A DNA stretch of 64,000 nucleotides from Piromyces finnis finn (taxonomy: Eukaryota; Fungi; Neocallimastigomycota), in contig MCFH01000008.1 in the NCBI GenBank assembly GCA_002104945.1, positions 682,001 to 746,000 of the forward strand. Reading direction: 5' to 3'. How positions within the stretch are numbered: position 1 is the first letter of the stretch; each line of letters begins with the position of its first letter. The position numbers were made by a program, and so were the translations under genes. Below are positions 48,425 to 62,509 of the stretch, piece after piece. The notes beneath the pieces were generated by a model, which saw only the letters and a program-made list of their open reading frames with translations, was not told the DNA's origin and made no database searches.

Positions 48425-51210
48425 ATGGTTAAAAAAAGCAAAAAAGAAGATATTAATAGTAAGGACATTAGTCCTGAAATTTTAAAGAAAATGAACAAAT
48501 ACAATAGAGGTCAGAGCGCCGAAATAAGGTCCATAAATGATAAAAAGGTTAAAGGTAATATGAAGAAATTTGAAAGAAAAAATAAAGAAGCAGCTTTTAA
48601 ATCAGTTCAATCTGAATTGCTTTTAACTGAAGAGGCTGGGTAATTATTTAGTAATAAAATAATTAAATGAACAATAATATTTATATGCTTTAAATAGTAT
48701 AATATTTTTATTTCATTTTATATTTATATATGTTTGGTGTATTGATTTTTTATATTTTTATTTAATTTTAATATAAAAATATAATTTTTTTCATTAATAA
48801 TATTTAAAATAAAATTATATTTTTAAAACAATGAAATTAAAATTAATATTTGTTATTAAACATTAAAATGCGATTTATATATACATGCACAGTTATTTAG
48901 AAGCAGAAGGAATGGAAAAAACTTATAAATTTACTCAGGACCAAATTAGAGAAAATGTTGATCTTAGTACACAAGCAAGAGTAAATATTATATAAAAATA
49001 ATATTATTGATATTAATATTATTATAAAAGCATTTGCTTATATTTTATGTAAACTTATATAATATAATATAATAGATGTTTAATTTAGATCTTAATACTT
49101 TTGGACCATATACTTTTGATTATACAAGAAATGGAAGGTAATATTAACGTATTGGTATAAAAATCATTAAAGTTATATTTATTTTAACAATATAAAATAA
49201 TAAATTAGAGATATGCTTATTGCAGGTAAAAAAGGTCATATTTCTACTTTTAATTGGAAAAATGGAAAATTAGGTTGTGAGTTATTTTTAAATGAAACAG
49301 TTAGAGATGCTAAGTAAGTATTTAATATTAATAATAGGAAAAGCAACCCTAATAAGCATAATTCTTTATTTTTATTGAAATATATCATATATATTAATAT
49401 TTTTTTTATATTAAATAAAAACCATATTATCTAATAAAAAATAATAATGTTAAGATGGCTTCACAATGAAACAATGTTTGCAGTAGCACAAAAAAAATAT
49501 ACATATATTTATGATTCTACTGGTATGGAACTTCATTGCCTTCGTAAACATACTGAAGTTAATAAGCTTGAATTTCTACCATACCATTTTCTTTTAGTTA
49601 CTATTGGTAATGCTGGTTGGTTAAAATACCAAGATACATCAACTGGTAATAGAGTTGCTGAATTTAATACTAAACTTGGAAGATGTGATTGTATGGTACA
49701 AAATCCATATAACGGTATTATTAATCTTGGTCATAGCAATGGTAAGAATACTATTATTTTATATTAATATATTATTATTAACTCCCCTCAAAAAAAAAAA
49801 ATAATAATAATAATAATAAAAAAAAAAGCTAAAAAGGATATTAAAAACTTCATTATTCATTTCTAAGGTACTGTAACTTTATGGTCACCATCAATGTCAT
49901 CACCTTTAGTTAAAATGTTTTGTCATAAATCTCCAGTACAATCCATTGCTATTGATAATGGAGGATAGTAAGTATTAATTTATTATTATTTCAATTATAT
50001 TTATTTATGTTGGTATTTTTATTTATGAAAATATAAAAATCAAAATAAATAATCTAAATAGCTATATGGCTACAGCTGGTTTAGACTCAAGAGTAAAAAT
50101 ATGGGATTTAAGAACTTACAAAGAACTTCAAAATTATTTATCACCAACCCCAGCTGCATCATTATCTATATCTCAAAAAGGTCTATTAGCTGTTGGTTTT
50201 GGTCCTCATGTTAATGTAATAATAGATTAAATATTGAAGTATTAAAACTATGTTTAATATTATTTAGAAATAACAAAAAATGCTAAATTTATATGTATAT
50301 ATATTTTTTACAAATATTGATATTAATTTATTAGATATGGAAAGACGCTTTTAAAGAAAAACAGAAATCGCCTTATATGTCACATTTACAACCATCTTGC
50401 TCTATTAAAACTATAAAATTCTGTCCTTTTGAAGATATTCTTGGTCTTGGTCATGATAAAGGATTTTCAAGTATAGTTATACCAGGTTCTGGTGAACCAA
50501 ACTTTGATAGTTTGGAAGCTAATCCTTATGAAACTGTTAAGCAACGTAGAGAAAAAGAAGTTCACGATCTTCTCGAAAAGGTATATATTAAATTAAATAA
50601 AACATTTACAGTTGAATAGATAATTATTAATGTATTAAATTTTTAAAACTTAATATTTTATAGCTTCAACCAGAAACTATCGCTCTTAATCCTAACTTTA
50701 TTGGTAGTGTTGATCGTGCATCTAAAGATATAATTAGAGAAGAGAAGAAACTAGAATGGGAGGTAAGAAATAGAAAATTTTAATATTATTTAATAAAAAA
50801 TATAATAAAATAAAATATTAAGACCAAAATGTTTTTTTTTTTTTTTTTTTTTTACATAAAATTAAATATCCTTATAAAGGCTGCTCATCCAAATGAAAAA
50901 TTTGAACCAAGAAAAAGAAGTCGTGGTAAATCATCTTCTCTTCGTCGTTATCTTCGTAAACAAACACATGTTATTGATGAAAAGAAGGTAGTTTCAAATT
51001 AACTTTAACTAAAAATAATGTGTTTAATAATATTTTTATTATTATAATGATATTCTAAATAATACAAAAATTTTTAAAATCGTTTTATAGGAAAAATTAA
51101 AGAAAGAATTACAAAGATTAGAAACTGAAAAGAAAAGAAAAGCAATGGGTATTACTGAAGATCATAAACCTTCTGCCCTAGATAGATTTTCAAAAAAACC
51201 AAGAACATAA
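48425..51210 (+). CDS. UTP7: U3 snoRNP WD40 protein Utp7/WDR46 (BING4), multi-exon
   Basis: [70 protein letters not shown] and [18 protein letters not shown]. Confidence 0.95.
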
Positions 51211-51694
51211 ATAATCTTTTAGATTAACAATGAAAATTAAATAATGAAAATAATTTTAATATATTTTACTTTTTCTTGACAATGTAATTTGAAGTAATAA
51301 TATATTTTTTTAATTATTTTAACATAAATATATTCAAAAATTTAAAATATAATTTATAGAATTTTTATTTTTTTTTATAATAATTAATTTATTTATTTTT
51401 TTTGAAAATATAATAACAATTACATTAATAAAACATAGAATATTTTTTTTATACAAGTCTATATTTATTATTTTGTTATTCTGTTCTATTTTGTTTTATG
51501 GCTATTGCTAATTATTATTAATATATTATTTGTTTTATGTTTTATATTTATAACTTTTTTTTAATATTTTATTTATGATGAATTTAATAATTACAAATTT
51601 TTAAATTGAAAGTATATATATGATAAATATATAAATATATAATTGAAATGAAATGAATAAGATTGTAATATATTGATATTATATTTTAATTAAT

Positions 51695-51853
51695 TTATAG
51701 GTATTGAGGTGCTGATGATAAGTCAACATAGATATTTGGAAATTCAAATTTTTTAATATCTTTTTCATATTGTTTTAGTTGTTTTTCCATATTTGTTTTT
51801 CTTAAATATTAAACAATGATATTAATGTTTAATTAAATTAAATTAAATAAAAT

Positions 51854-51884
<31 letters not shown>

Positions 51885-53171
51885 TAAAATAAAATAAATA
51901 ATATAATATTATATTATTATTATGTCTTTATTATAAAAATAATATATACTTTATAATCTTTGGTACTGTATCCGAAATTAAACTCATTTTTTGATATTGG
52001 TTATTTAATGTTTGATAATTATCTTTTAAACCTTGAAGAATAATTTCTTTTTGAGCACTTGGAATACAAACTAAGTGTCGAGTTCCTTTTTGTGTACGTT
52101 CGAATTCATTTATTATTTCTTCTTTTTCTTTCTTAAGTTTTTGTTGCTCTAATTCAAACATACGTTTATCCAAATATTTTGGTTTTTTACCGTAATCCTT
52201 TTTGTTAACATAATATCGTGGTGGTGGTTTCACATTCTTTGGAGCTACAAATTAAATAATAAAAAAATTTATTAATAATTGTATATTATTATATCAATAA
52301 TAATTTTGATTAAAGTATACTTGAATGAATGGCATCGAGTGCATTTATTGTAATATAATCTTTGTTATTTGGTTTCGAAATAATTGGTGATTCTGTAGGA
52401 AGTGGTGGCTTAATAAATAACCTTGAGGATTCTTTTTAAAAAATATATAAGTATGAAAATATTTTAAAATATGTTATATAGAGCTAAATAAAATTTTATA
52501 TTATTGTTTACCCTGTGATTTAACATGGTACTTAATTTTTTCTCCATCATTTTTTTTTAAATAATTACTTGGATTTGTTTTTTTAGCTTTACCAAATGGA
52601 AGTCCATAAATACCATTTGATATTGGATTATGACTTTTATGTTCTTCTAATTTCACTTTGTCAGAATAAATTGATCTATATATATCTTTTCTTATCTTTC
52701 CTTTATTTTTAAGTATTGCCTCATGATTAATTCCTTTATCAGAATCATTAAATGGGTAATTTAAAAAGGCACATCCACTTGTACTATAATAAAAAAAGAA
52801 ATTATTGATAAATACATTGTTGTAAAATTTTATTTGGATACAGTTTAATCAATAAACATAAAAAATACCTTATATCTGATAGCCTTTTAATTTAATATAT
52901 AATATATTATATAAGATTGAAATAATATATATAAGTAATTAATGTTTATTATATAATTTTCAATAATATTATATTTACAAAGCAAAATAAATCTATATAA
53001 TCATTTTTACTTATAAACGGATTCATTATTTGAATTTAATGGAGGAATTATCGTTTTTTGCCCTTGTACATAAACATATTTTTTGTCCTTTCCAGCCTTA
53101 ACTTCTGAAATAATTGGATCACGAAGAAAAGGTCCTCTTGTTGGAAATGTAGCAACACTAATAGCTACCAT
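51695..53171 (-). CDS. ENKUR: Enkurin (axonemal/calmodulin-binding protein), multi-exon
   Basis: YYVNKKDYGKKPKYL, KEIILQGLKDNYQTLNNQYQKMSLISDTVPKI and MEKQLKQYEKDIKKFE match the enkurin domain. Consistent with flagellated zoospores. Confidence 0.75.
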
Positions 53172-53827
53172 TTTATTTAATTTTATATGATAATTATTTT
53201 TTAATTATAGTTTTCCAATTATATTTTGAATTTATAATAATTGTGATAATGATTGTTATCTTCTTTTTTTTTTTTTTTTAATAATATTAAAGAAATATTT
53301 TTTTTTCCTCAAATTTCGAAATAATTTCCTATTTTTTAAAAATTATTAAAGTTTAAATAAATAATAAAATTTACTTTTATATATATTTATATATTTTACT
53401 TTTAATATCTTCTTTTTCGTAAAAAATATATATTTATATTTTAAATTGAAAATATAATCAAATGTTTAAAAATCTATATTAATTTATCGTAATCATTAAA
53501 TAAAAACATTATCCTTTACCAAAAACTCTCAAAGTATATTTTTAAAAATAAATTAATATTATATATATATATCATTAAAAACTAAATTTTATAATATAAT
53601 TTAGTTATAAAATTTGAAATAAAAAATAAGGTTATTTATCTTATTACTTTAATATATATATTTTTCGATAAATATATTTTATTAAAACAAAGTTTGAATA
53701 TATTATATTAAAACTGATCAAGTTATTAAATCATATATATTTTAATTAATATATGTTTTTACATATTAAAATAAAAAGTGAAATTATCTCCCATAAAAAA
53801 TAAAAGTTAATTTACTATTATATATTT

Positions 53828-53862
<35 letters not shown>

Positions 53863-54061
53863 TTATATTTAATATAAATTAATAATTAAATAAAGTTTAC
53901 TATAAATATACACTAAAAATTGAATATCATATATAATAAAAGAATTTTTTTATTGTATGAATAATAGATGTATTTCTATTTTATTATATTATGTATAAAA
54001 AACTAAATAGTAAAAAGAAGCGTTTGTATATTATGTAAAAAGCAAAAATAAATAAATAAAT

Positions 54062-54093
<32 letters not shown>

Positions 54094-54366
54094 AAAAATA
54101 CTTTATAATTTAATAATAGAATAAATAATATTTTTATAAAATATTTTTATTTTCTATTTAATTTACTCTAAAAATTAACAAATAAAACTGATTGCTTGTA
54201 AATTTATTAATTTACTATTTATTATGGAAAAAAAAATATTAAATTGTAATATTTCATATAAATAACTAATAATTAATAAATATATTTATATGAGATAGGG
54301 TATTAATATTAATTATTTTTTATATATAAATTATTGATTGTTATTTGATGAATTAACAATATTTAC

Positions 54367-54962
54367 TTATGTTGTTGCATTTGTAGGCTTATCTGATATG
54401 GTATTGTTTGGTATGGAATTATCCCGATTACTATCTCTTATTCTATCTCTATCATTATTTCTTTGTCTGTCATGATTTATCCCTGACCAACGATGATCCC
54501 GTCTATTAAAATCTGAACTATAGTATGATGAATTATTATTTCTATTATTATTCCAATTATTGTGATTGCTATAAGTTGAATCATAATCTATATCCCTTCT
54601 CCTTTCCCGGTCTCTAAAATAATCTCTGTCCTTATTTGAATTACGATCTCTATCATTTCTTGAATCTCTTATATCATTAATTCTGTTGTATGAATTATTC
54701 GTTCCCAATATTGAAGAATCTGTTAATTCATTCTTCTTTAGGATAGTTGAGTTATTTGTTGAAAATGACTCTGATAGTAAACTTGAATTAGTTTTACTAT
54801 CTATTAAATTTTTTTGAATATTATTATTTATTGAATTTGTTATAACTTTCATGTTATCTGAAAAAGAACTTATATTATTATTTATTGTTGTGGCTTGAGA
54901 TATTATTGATTTGTTTAAATTTGGGTTGTCTAATGGCATATTACTATTATTATTACTACTAC

Positions 54963-54993
<31 letters not shown>

Positions 54994-55230
54994 TGAATTA
55001 TCTTTATTTAATGAATTTGACATAGAGTTTTGATTATTAGAAATTTCGTTTTTATTATCCATATTATCTATAGAAGAAGGTATACTTATTTTATTATTGT
55101 TTCCCTCAAAACTGTGCGTTATTCTTTTTTGATCTCTTCCAAGACTATTTTTTCTTAAATGTACAGAAGATTCTCTTTCTTGATATGGTCTAATATTTAT
55201 TCTTGATCTATCTCTACTGTGGTATAAATA

Positions 55231-55294
<64 letters not shown>

Positions 55295-58200
55295 TCTCTT
55301 TCTCTCTCTCTTCCTCTGTCCCTGTCTCTATCTCTATCTCTGTCTCTATCTCTATCCCTGTCTCTATCTCTGTCTTTATCCCTATCTCTATCTTTATCTC
55401 TATCCCTGTCTCTATCATGATAATCATAGTTATTTCCTCTATCTCTTTCAGCCCTTTCATGTTCTCTGTCTCTAGATGAATAATTGCTAGAATCTATATG
55501 ACTCATCATCAATGGTCTATTATAACGGTAATCTCTTTCAAATCTATTATACATTTTATCTCTGTCACGTTCGCGTTCACGTTCGCGTTCACGGTCATGA
55601 TCATGCTCACGATCACGTTCACGATCATAATTCCTTTCCCAATTTCTGTTATAATATCTTGTTCTATCATGTTCTGATATATCTCGGCTTCTTCTGTCAG
55701 AATTTAATTCCCATCTATCATGATTTCTATTATTTCTGTCAAAAACTGATGATCTTGAATTAGAATAATAATAATTATTAGAATACCAATTATGATCTCT
55801 ATCTCTACCTCCTCTATCGCGTTCACGATCTCTATCACGATAGTTATAATCACGATCATAATTCCGTGTAATAGATATACTTCTTCTACTATGTGTTCTA
55901 CTTCTTGTTTGACTTCTACTACGGTGACCACCAGAAGAATGTGAACTATGACTTCTAGACAATGAACTTGGGGATCTTGATGATGATCTGCTGCGACTAG
56001 AAAGGCGACTTAAGCTCCTACTTCTATCACGACTTCTACTTCTACTCTCAGATCTACTACATGATCTGGTACGACTTCTCATTCTACTACGACTTCTACT
56101 AGAATAACTTGAAGTTAAACTATCGCTTCTTGATAAACTTCTTGTTGATCTACTTCTTATTGGGGAAGTTGAACGAGATATTTCTCTTGATGCTTTTTTA
56201 GAATAATGCAATGATGATTTTGATTTTGAATATGTACCATTATATGATTTATCTGTCAATCTATTATAATTTGATAGATTATTGTTCATACTCGATATAT
56301 TCGATGTTGGTATAATTTCAATATTAATAGGATTTTCCTTTTTTGTTTCTATTTCTTCATTACTTTTGTTATTATAATCAATACTAGTATCTTTTCTATC
56401 GGGATTTGCAGGATCATATGGCACCGAATCTAATTTACTATCATTATCAATACTCATTGGTATTGAATCATTGTTTTGAAGCTTTGTTTCTTTTATAGAT
56501 TGTAAATTACTATTATTCTTTCCACTTATTTTAAGTTCTGTATTTAATATTGGTTTGTTTTCATTTGTTATATTTATTTCATTTGTCTGCTTCTTATTTA
56601 TTAGATTTGAATTATTTATTCTTGTTTCGATGTTTTTATTAGATATAATTGTAAATTCTGGACTTTTTTGTTTATTACTATTTTCATTATTGTCTTTTCC
56701 TGAAGGCTGTGAATTTAACAAATTATCTTTATTAACAGAGTATAATAAATTTGAATTTATATTTAAATTTTGAATTGATTTACTTTCATATTTTGAATTT
56801 GAGAGAATATTCTTATTACTTCTTATTGAAAATTTTGCTTGATTATTATCATTGTTATTACCACTGATATTATTATTATTATTATTATCATTTTTAATTA
56901 CATTAAATTTCTTTTTTTCATTGAATAAGTTTTCTTTATTAAATAAAATATTTTTGTGGTAATTAATTTCTTTTTTATTAATTTCACTATTACTCTTTAT
57001 GTTATTATCTTCAGAATTTAAAGTATTATCAGATATTGGTTTTGAAATGATTTGTTTATTATTTTTAACATCATTATCATATATTATTGGTTCTTTATAT
57101 AATGAATGTTCTTTTATATAACTCTTATTTTCGATTGGTGATAATTTTTTATTTTTTAAGCTATCTGAATCCGTATTTCTTTGATTAATATGATTTTCAT
57201 CTTGTATTTTATTAATATTATTTAATTTTTCAGGAATAATTTCTTTGAATGCTGCGGGCTTAATATTCATACTCTTATCTAATTCTTCCGACTTTTGTAT
57301 ACCATTTTGATTATTTAGTATTGATAAATAAGAATCAGATTTAGTGTTTTTATTATTACTATTATTATTAATTTTTTCATTAATATTATCATTAATATTG
57401 CCATTATTAATAATTATCTTATTACTACTACCATCATTATTGTTATTAACATTTTCACCATAGTTATTATATGTTTTATTATTTTCACTAAACTTCTTTT
57501 TATACACTTCATATTTATTATCATCCAATGTATCTTTCGGACTATTATATATTTTCTTCTCTTCACTCAAAACTTTATTAAATACAATGTTACTTTTATC
57601 AATATTATCTTCTTTTCTTAATTCAGCAAAATTTTTATTTATTGTATCTTCTTTATAATGAATTATTTTATTATTATTTGCAATGCCCAATTTTTCTTGA
57701 TATCTTTCGAATAAACCTTTTGTTTCTTTTTGTCTTTCATTTTGTTGTTTATTTAAATTATATTGACTATTTTCTTTTTTTATTATACTACTAGTTATAT
57801 CAGTATCACTTTTATTTTCTTCTTTGTTTCTAATTTGAATTGAATTTATATCTTTGATATCTTTAATATTATTGTTAGCTTCTTTTTTATTATCTATCGT
57901 TGGATAAAATTTATTATCAGTTTCATTTTGGATATTTATTTTTGATTCATTCTTCGGTTCTTTATCTTCTGCAATAATTTTTTTATATTTTTCTATGTAT
58001 TTAGAATCGGAAATGAATAATGAATACTCTCTTTCATTTTTTTTATCATCTTCAACATCTTTATTTAATGAATTTAATAAAGATTCATCCTTCATTAGAG
58101 TTTCTTTATATGTTAAATCATTGAATTTTTTCATTTTACTTTGTGATAATTCTAATTCTCTTTTTCTTTCAAGTTCACGTTCTTTCTCTCTTTCACGTAA

Positions 58201-61200
58201 TTCTCTATCAACCACTTCTTTTTCTTTATTTTCACTAAAGTCAAAGCTAAAATCAAATCCCATCAACATTAAAGGGTCATTTAATGGGAAATGTGCTGCA
58301 TTAGAAGTTGATGATAAGGTTGGTGGAAAAGATGTTAATGAAGAAGATAATTCATTTTTATTTGATAATTCAGATATTGAGTTATTGATTGGACTATTTA
58401 ATTTTGGTGATAATTTTATGGATGAAAGAATTGATGAACTTGATATATCATTTAACTTTTTATCTAACGGTAATACATGATTAAGTTCATTGTGCATTTT
58501 ATCTGCTTCTTTATTTTGATTTTCTACTGTTAAAATATTCTTAGAATTGATATCTAATGATGATGATAGTGGTGGTATTATATCAGTTAATAATTGTGAA
58601 TTTTCTATTGATTTTATATTTGAATTAGGCTGTAAACTAGCAGGTTTATTAAATAAGGAAAATGATGACGTTTTTTTATTTGAATTTGAAGCTAATGAAT
58701 GAATAGATGTTCCCCTTTTTAATTTATAATCACGAAGACTAACTTTTCTAACACTTGAATGGATATTATTTGATGAAGTTTGACGATCAGATATTTCGGA
58801 ATCATCCATATTGTGAATTAATTCTTTACTATTATTGTTCTCAGAAGCTTCACTTTGAGACATTGTTGATTCTTCAACATCTTTAATTCCATCCTTTTCT
58901 TTATTAGTTTGTGGTATCTCTATTGTATCTATTTTTTCTTCTGTTTTAATTCTTTTTGTAGCATCAATTTCTTGGTCATTGTCTGAAACTATATCATTAT
59001 CACGTTTTCTTTTTATTAGACTTTCGTTATCACTATTACTAGCTTCTTTTTTCAATTTTTCCTTATTATTGGTATTACTATATTTTTCACTTTTTATACT
59101 ATCTGATTTACTTGATGACTTTCTAATTTTTTTAGATGACTTTGTTTTATTATCTTTTTTACTACTATTCTCTTCTATATCTTCTGATTTTATTATATTA
59201 TCTATATTCATATAATCGCCATCATCATTTTCTATTATCTTATTTTCTTCAGTTTCATCAAATAATTGTTTTAAAATTTCTGTATTTTTTTCATTTTCAA
59301 GTTCAATTTTACTTTTTTCTTTTTTAATTTTAATATTTTTTTTTGTTTTATCATCATTTATTTCTTCTGAAAACAATTGTTCTTTCAATTTATTTATTTC
59401 ATCCTGTTTTATTTTCTCCTTATTAGTTTTTTTATTTAATTTCGAATTTTGTTCTTCTTGTTTTTTCATTTTTAATTCCTTACGCCTTTTCTCTTCCTCT
59501 TTCATTTGTTGTTCTTTGTAATATCTTTTTATCCATACTTTTTTCCCACCCATTGGCATATGATTTTGCAAAGCTAAAAATTAATTTATATTATATGATT
59601 AATAGAAAACTCTAATTGTTAATAAATAATCATTATACTCACCATTTTTCGATTCATCCTTATTGTTAATATATTTTAAATTACTATTGCTAGTATTTTT
59701 TGTTTTTAATATGCTTTTAGAATTTGAGTTTTTTATTGCTTTACTGTTCTTTTGTTTGTTTGATGTGTGTTTTATCCATTCACTTAATGTTTCGTTAATT
59801 ATAAAACTTTTATTATTATAATCACCAAAATAGTTTGCTTTCTTTACGTTTTTTAAATTATCATTTAATAAATTTTCTAAAATACAACTTGAATTACAAT
59901 GAATTGTTGAGGATGATATTTCAGAATCGTTTATATTTTCTTTTATATCTCCACAAATACAAGGATATCCAAACCATCTTCCATTATCATTACCTACTGC
60001 ATTTGATAATACAATCTCTTCACCTTTTCTTATGTCTTGTGATGAAATAATAGCTAAAATTAATTTATATTTTTTTTCTTTTTCTATGTTATTTGGGTTT
60101 CTACTTTTTTCGTTATACTCTGGATAAATAATACTTTGTAATCGAGCATTTGCATTTTGGGATATATTACTTCCTTCACAATAAAATCGTATAAATCTTC
60201 CTTCATTTCCATATTCTCTGCTATCAATAACAAGTGAATCTAATTCTTGTGATGGGAAAACAAATATAAATGGGTCTATTATATAACACGATTTTTTATG
60301 TGCTTTATTGTTTTCATTTAAATGATTTATATTTATATTTTTAATTGCTTCATTTCCATGTTGGACAATTGTTTCTAAAGTGTTATTACTAGTAGTATTT
60401 GTGAGATTATTATTTATTTCATTATTGTCATTATGATAAAAAGAATATACATTATTGATATTTGATTTATATTTAATTGTTCCTTTAATATCGCAAAGAT
60501 ATGTATTTTTTGGAATATCAGCAGCTGCAAATAAACCATAATGATTAAAATTACCATCATATATAGATATTCTTTCTGGAATTGGACGCACTGTTATTGA
60601 CGCTTTTTGTAGTTTTTTTGGTACATAAATTAAAGTGTTACTAGTATTATCAATATCAAATATATAATCATCGCCATTTATATTATTATTTTTTAGTTTA
60701 CAACTATTAATTTTTGATGAAATAAAATTTTGAATTTCCTTATTTTCAAACATATTACTTTTTATTATTGAATAACTTTGAGCATTATATTCATATGACT
60801 TTTGAAAATTTAAAGATTTAATCATGTTTCTATCTAAGTTCTCTGGACTTATTTGTCGAGAATTTCTATTGTTTTTCCCTTCGTTTTTAGCTTGTGATTT
60901 CGAGCGTCCATGTCCTAACTCACGAGATTTTCTTCCTGATTGTGAAGGATATACTGATCTTACTTCTTTTTTTGAATTATGTACTTTCGGAGGTCTTCCA
61001 ACATTATGAGGCATTGAAATAGGTGTATCCCTTTTACTTTTATTTTGTTTTTTTATTGGTATAACCTTATTTTTCTTTAAAATTAAATTATTGATTTAAA
61101 ATATATTATATTACATATAAACATTAATTACTGAGTAAGAAAAATATTATAGTATATATATATTTAAAAGATAAAAGAATACTTTTTGATCATTTTGTTT

Positions 61201-61371
61201 TGGTTCACATTTTTGGCAATAATAGAATTCAGGTAATGGTATTCCTTCTTCTTGTACACATTTTACATGTTGCCAAACGAAACATTTTTCACATTGAACT
61301 GTATATCCATCATCGTCTGAATTTCCACAAATACAGCGAATCACTCCATCATCTATATTAACCGCATCCAT
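54367..61371 (-). CDS. Set3/Set4/MLL5-like PHD-SET protein with very long low-complexity RS/RD/RE C-terminus, 3 exons (~61183-61371, ~59620-61045, 54367-~59575)
   Basis: PHD IRCICGNSDDDGYTVQCEKCFVWQHVKC..YYCQKC. SET GLFAAADIPKNT..IDSREYGNEGRFIRFYC..DIRKGEEI. Post-SET CICG. The ORF track segments join by GT-AG. Confidence 0.85.
55234..55410. repeat. Coding (AG)n and 6-mer microsatellite encoding (RE)n and (RD)n
   Basis: (CT)n followed by CTCTAT/CTCTGT-type units on the + strand, in frame with the 1734-aa ORF. Confidence 0.85.
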
Positions 61372-62227
61372 TTATTAAAAAATTCTTTAAATTCCTTTTT
61401 ATATATAAATAAATAAATTATGAATTTAATAAATTATTTTTTATCAAAAAATTAAATATATTATAAAAATATTTTTTTATAAAATAATAAATCTTTTAAT
61501 TATATATAGTAATTTTTCATTTTATATCAATTTAATTTTATCTCATACAATTTCCACCTTTTTATACTCCTATTTTATTTTTTATTTATATATAATAATA
61601 ATTTAAATATAATAATTATTTATATTAATATAATTTATTTTTACTATATCATTATTTTAAGATCTTATGTTAATAATGGCAAAATAATTTTTTTTTTTTT
61701 TTATAAATATAACCAAATCAAAAAATTAAAAATCACATCATTGATTATGCTTTAAACATAAAATATTTTCTATAATTATTCTGTAGTATTTGTTGTTTAT
61801 ATCAAATTGATTGAAAATGTTTATAAAAGAATAATCCTCTACAATTTTTCATAATAATTTTAGATTTTGATATTAAAATTTTATATTATACTCTAAATTA
61901 TGATATTCTTTATCTTTTTATATTGCTACTTTTACTCTTTTATTTATTTGTTATTAAAAATAAAATTATTTCAGTATGTAAACAGAGTATTTAGATTTAC
62001 CTGATTACTTAATTGATAAATTATAGGAAATTTCTAAGCAAATCAATATATATCATTAATTAATAAAATTATTATTTAATTTTTGGTATCATTAAAAAAA
62101 ATATTCAAACATTTAATTTAATATTAATCTTTTAATAATATTATTATAATCTCTTAAGAGTTCAAATTATATAATTTGAATCTTGCAATATATAAATAAT
62201 TTGTTAATTTTTTTTTTTTTTATTATA

Positions 62228-62281
<54 letters not shown>

Positions 62282-62509
62282 TAATAAATTTATTATTTTG
62301 TTTATTATTATATATTATTACATATTTAATATTAATATTATAATTTATTATACTATATTTATAATAAATATAATTATAGTTGATGATTTTTTAAATTTTT
62401 CTTTAACTTTATTTTTATATTTTTTTTCTACAGTTTATTCAATATAATAATTTTATTCATCTTTTTTATTCTTTTTTTTATTTTAGTTTAGCATATAACT
62501 TCAGTAATT

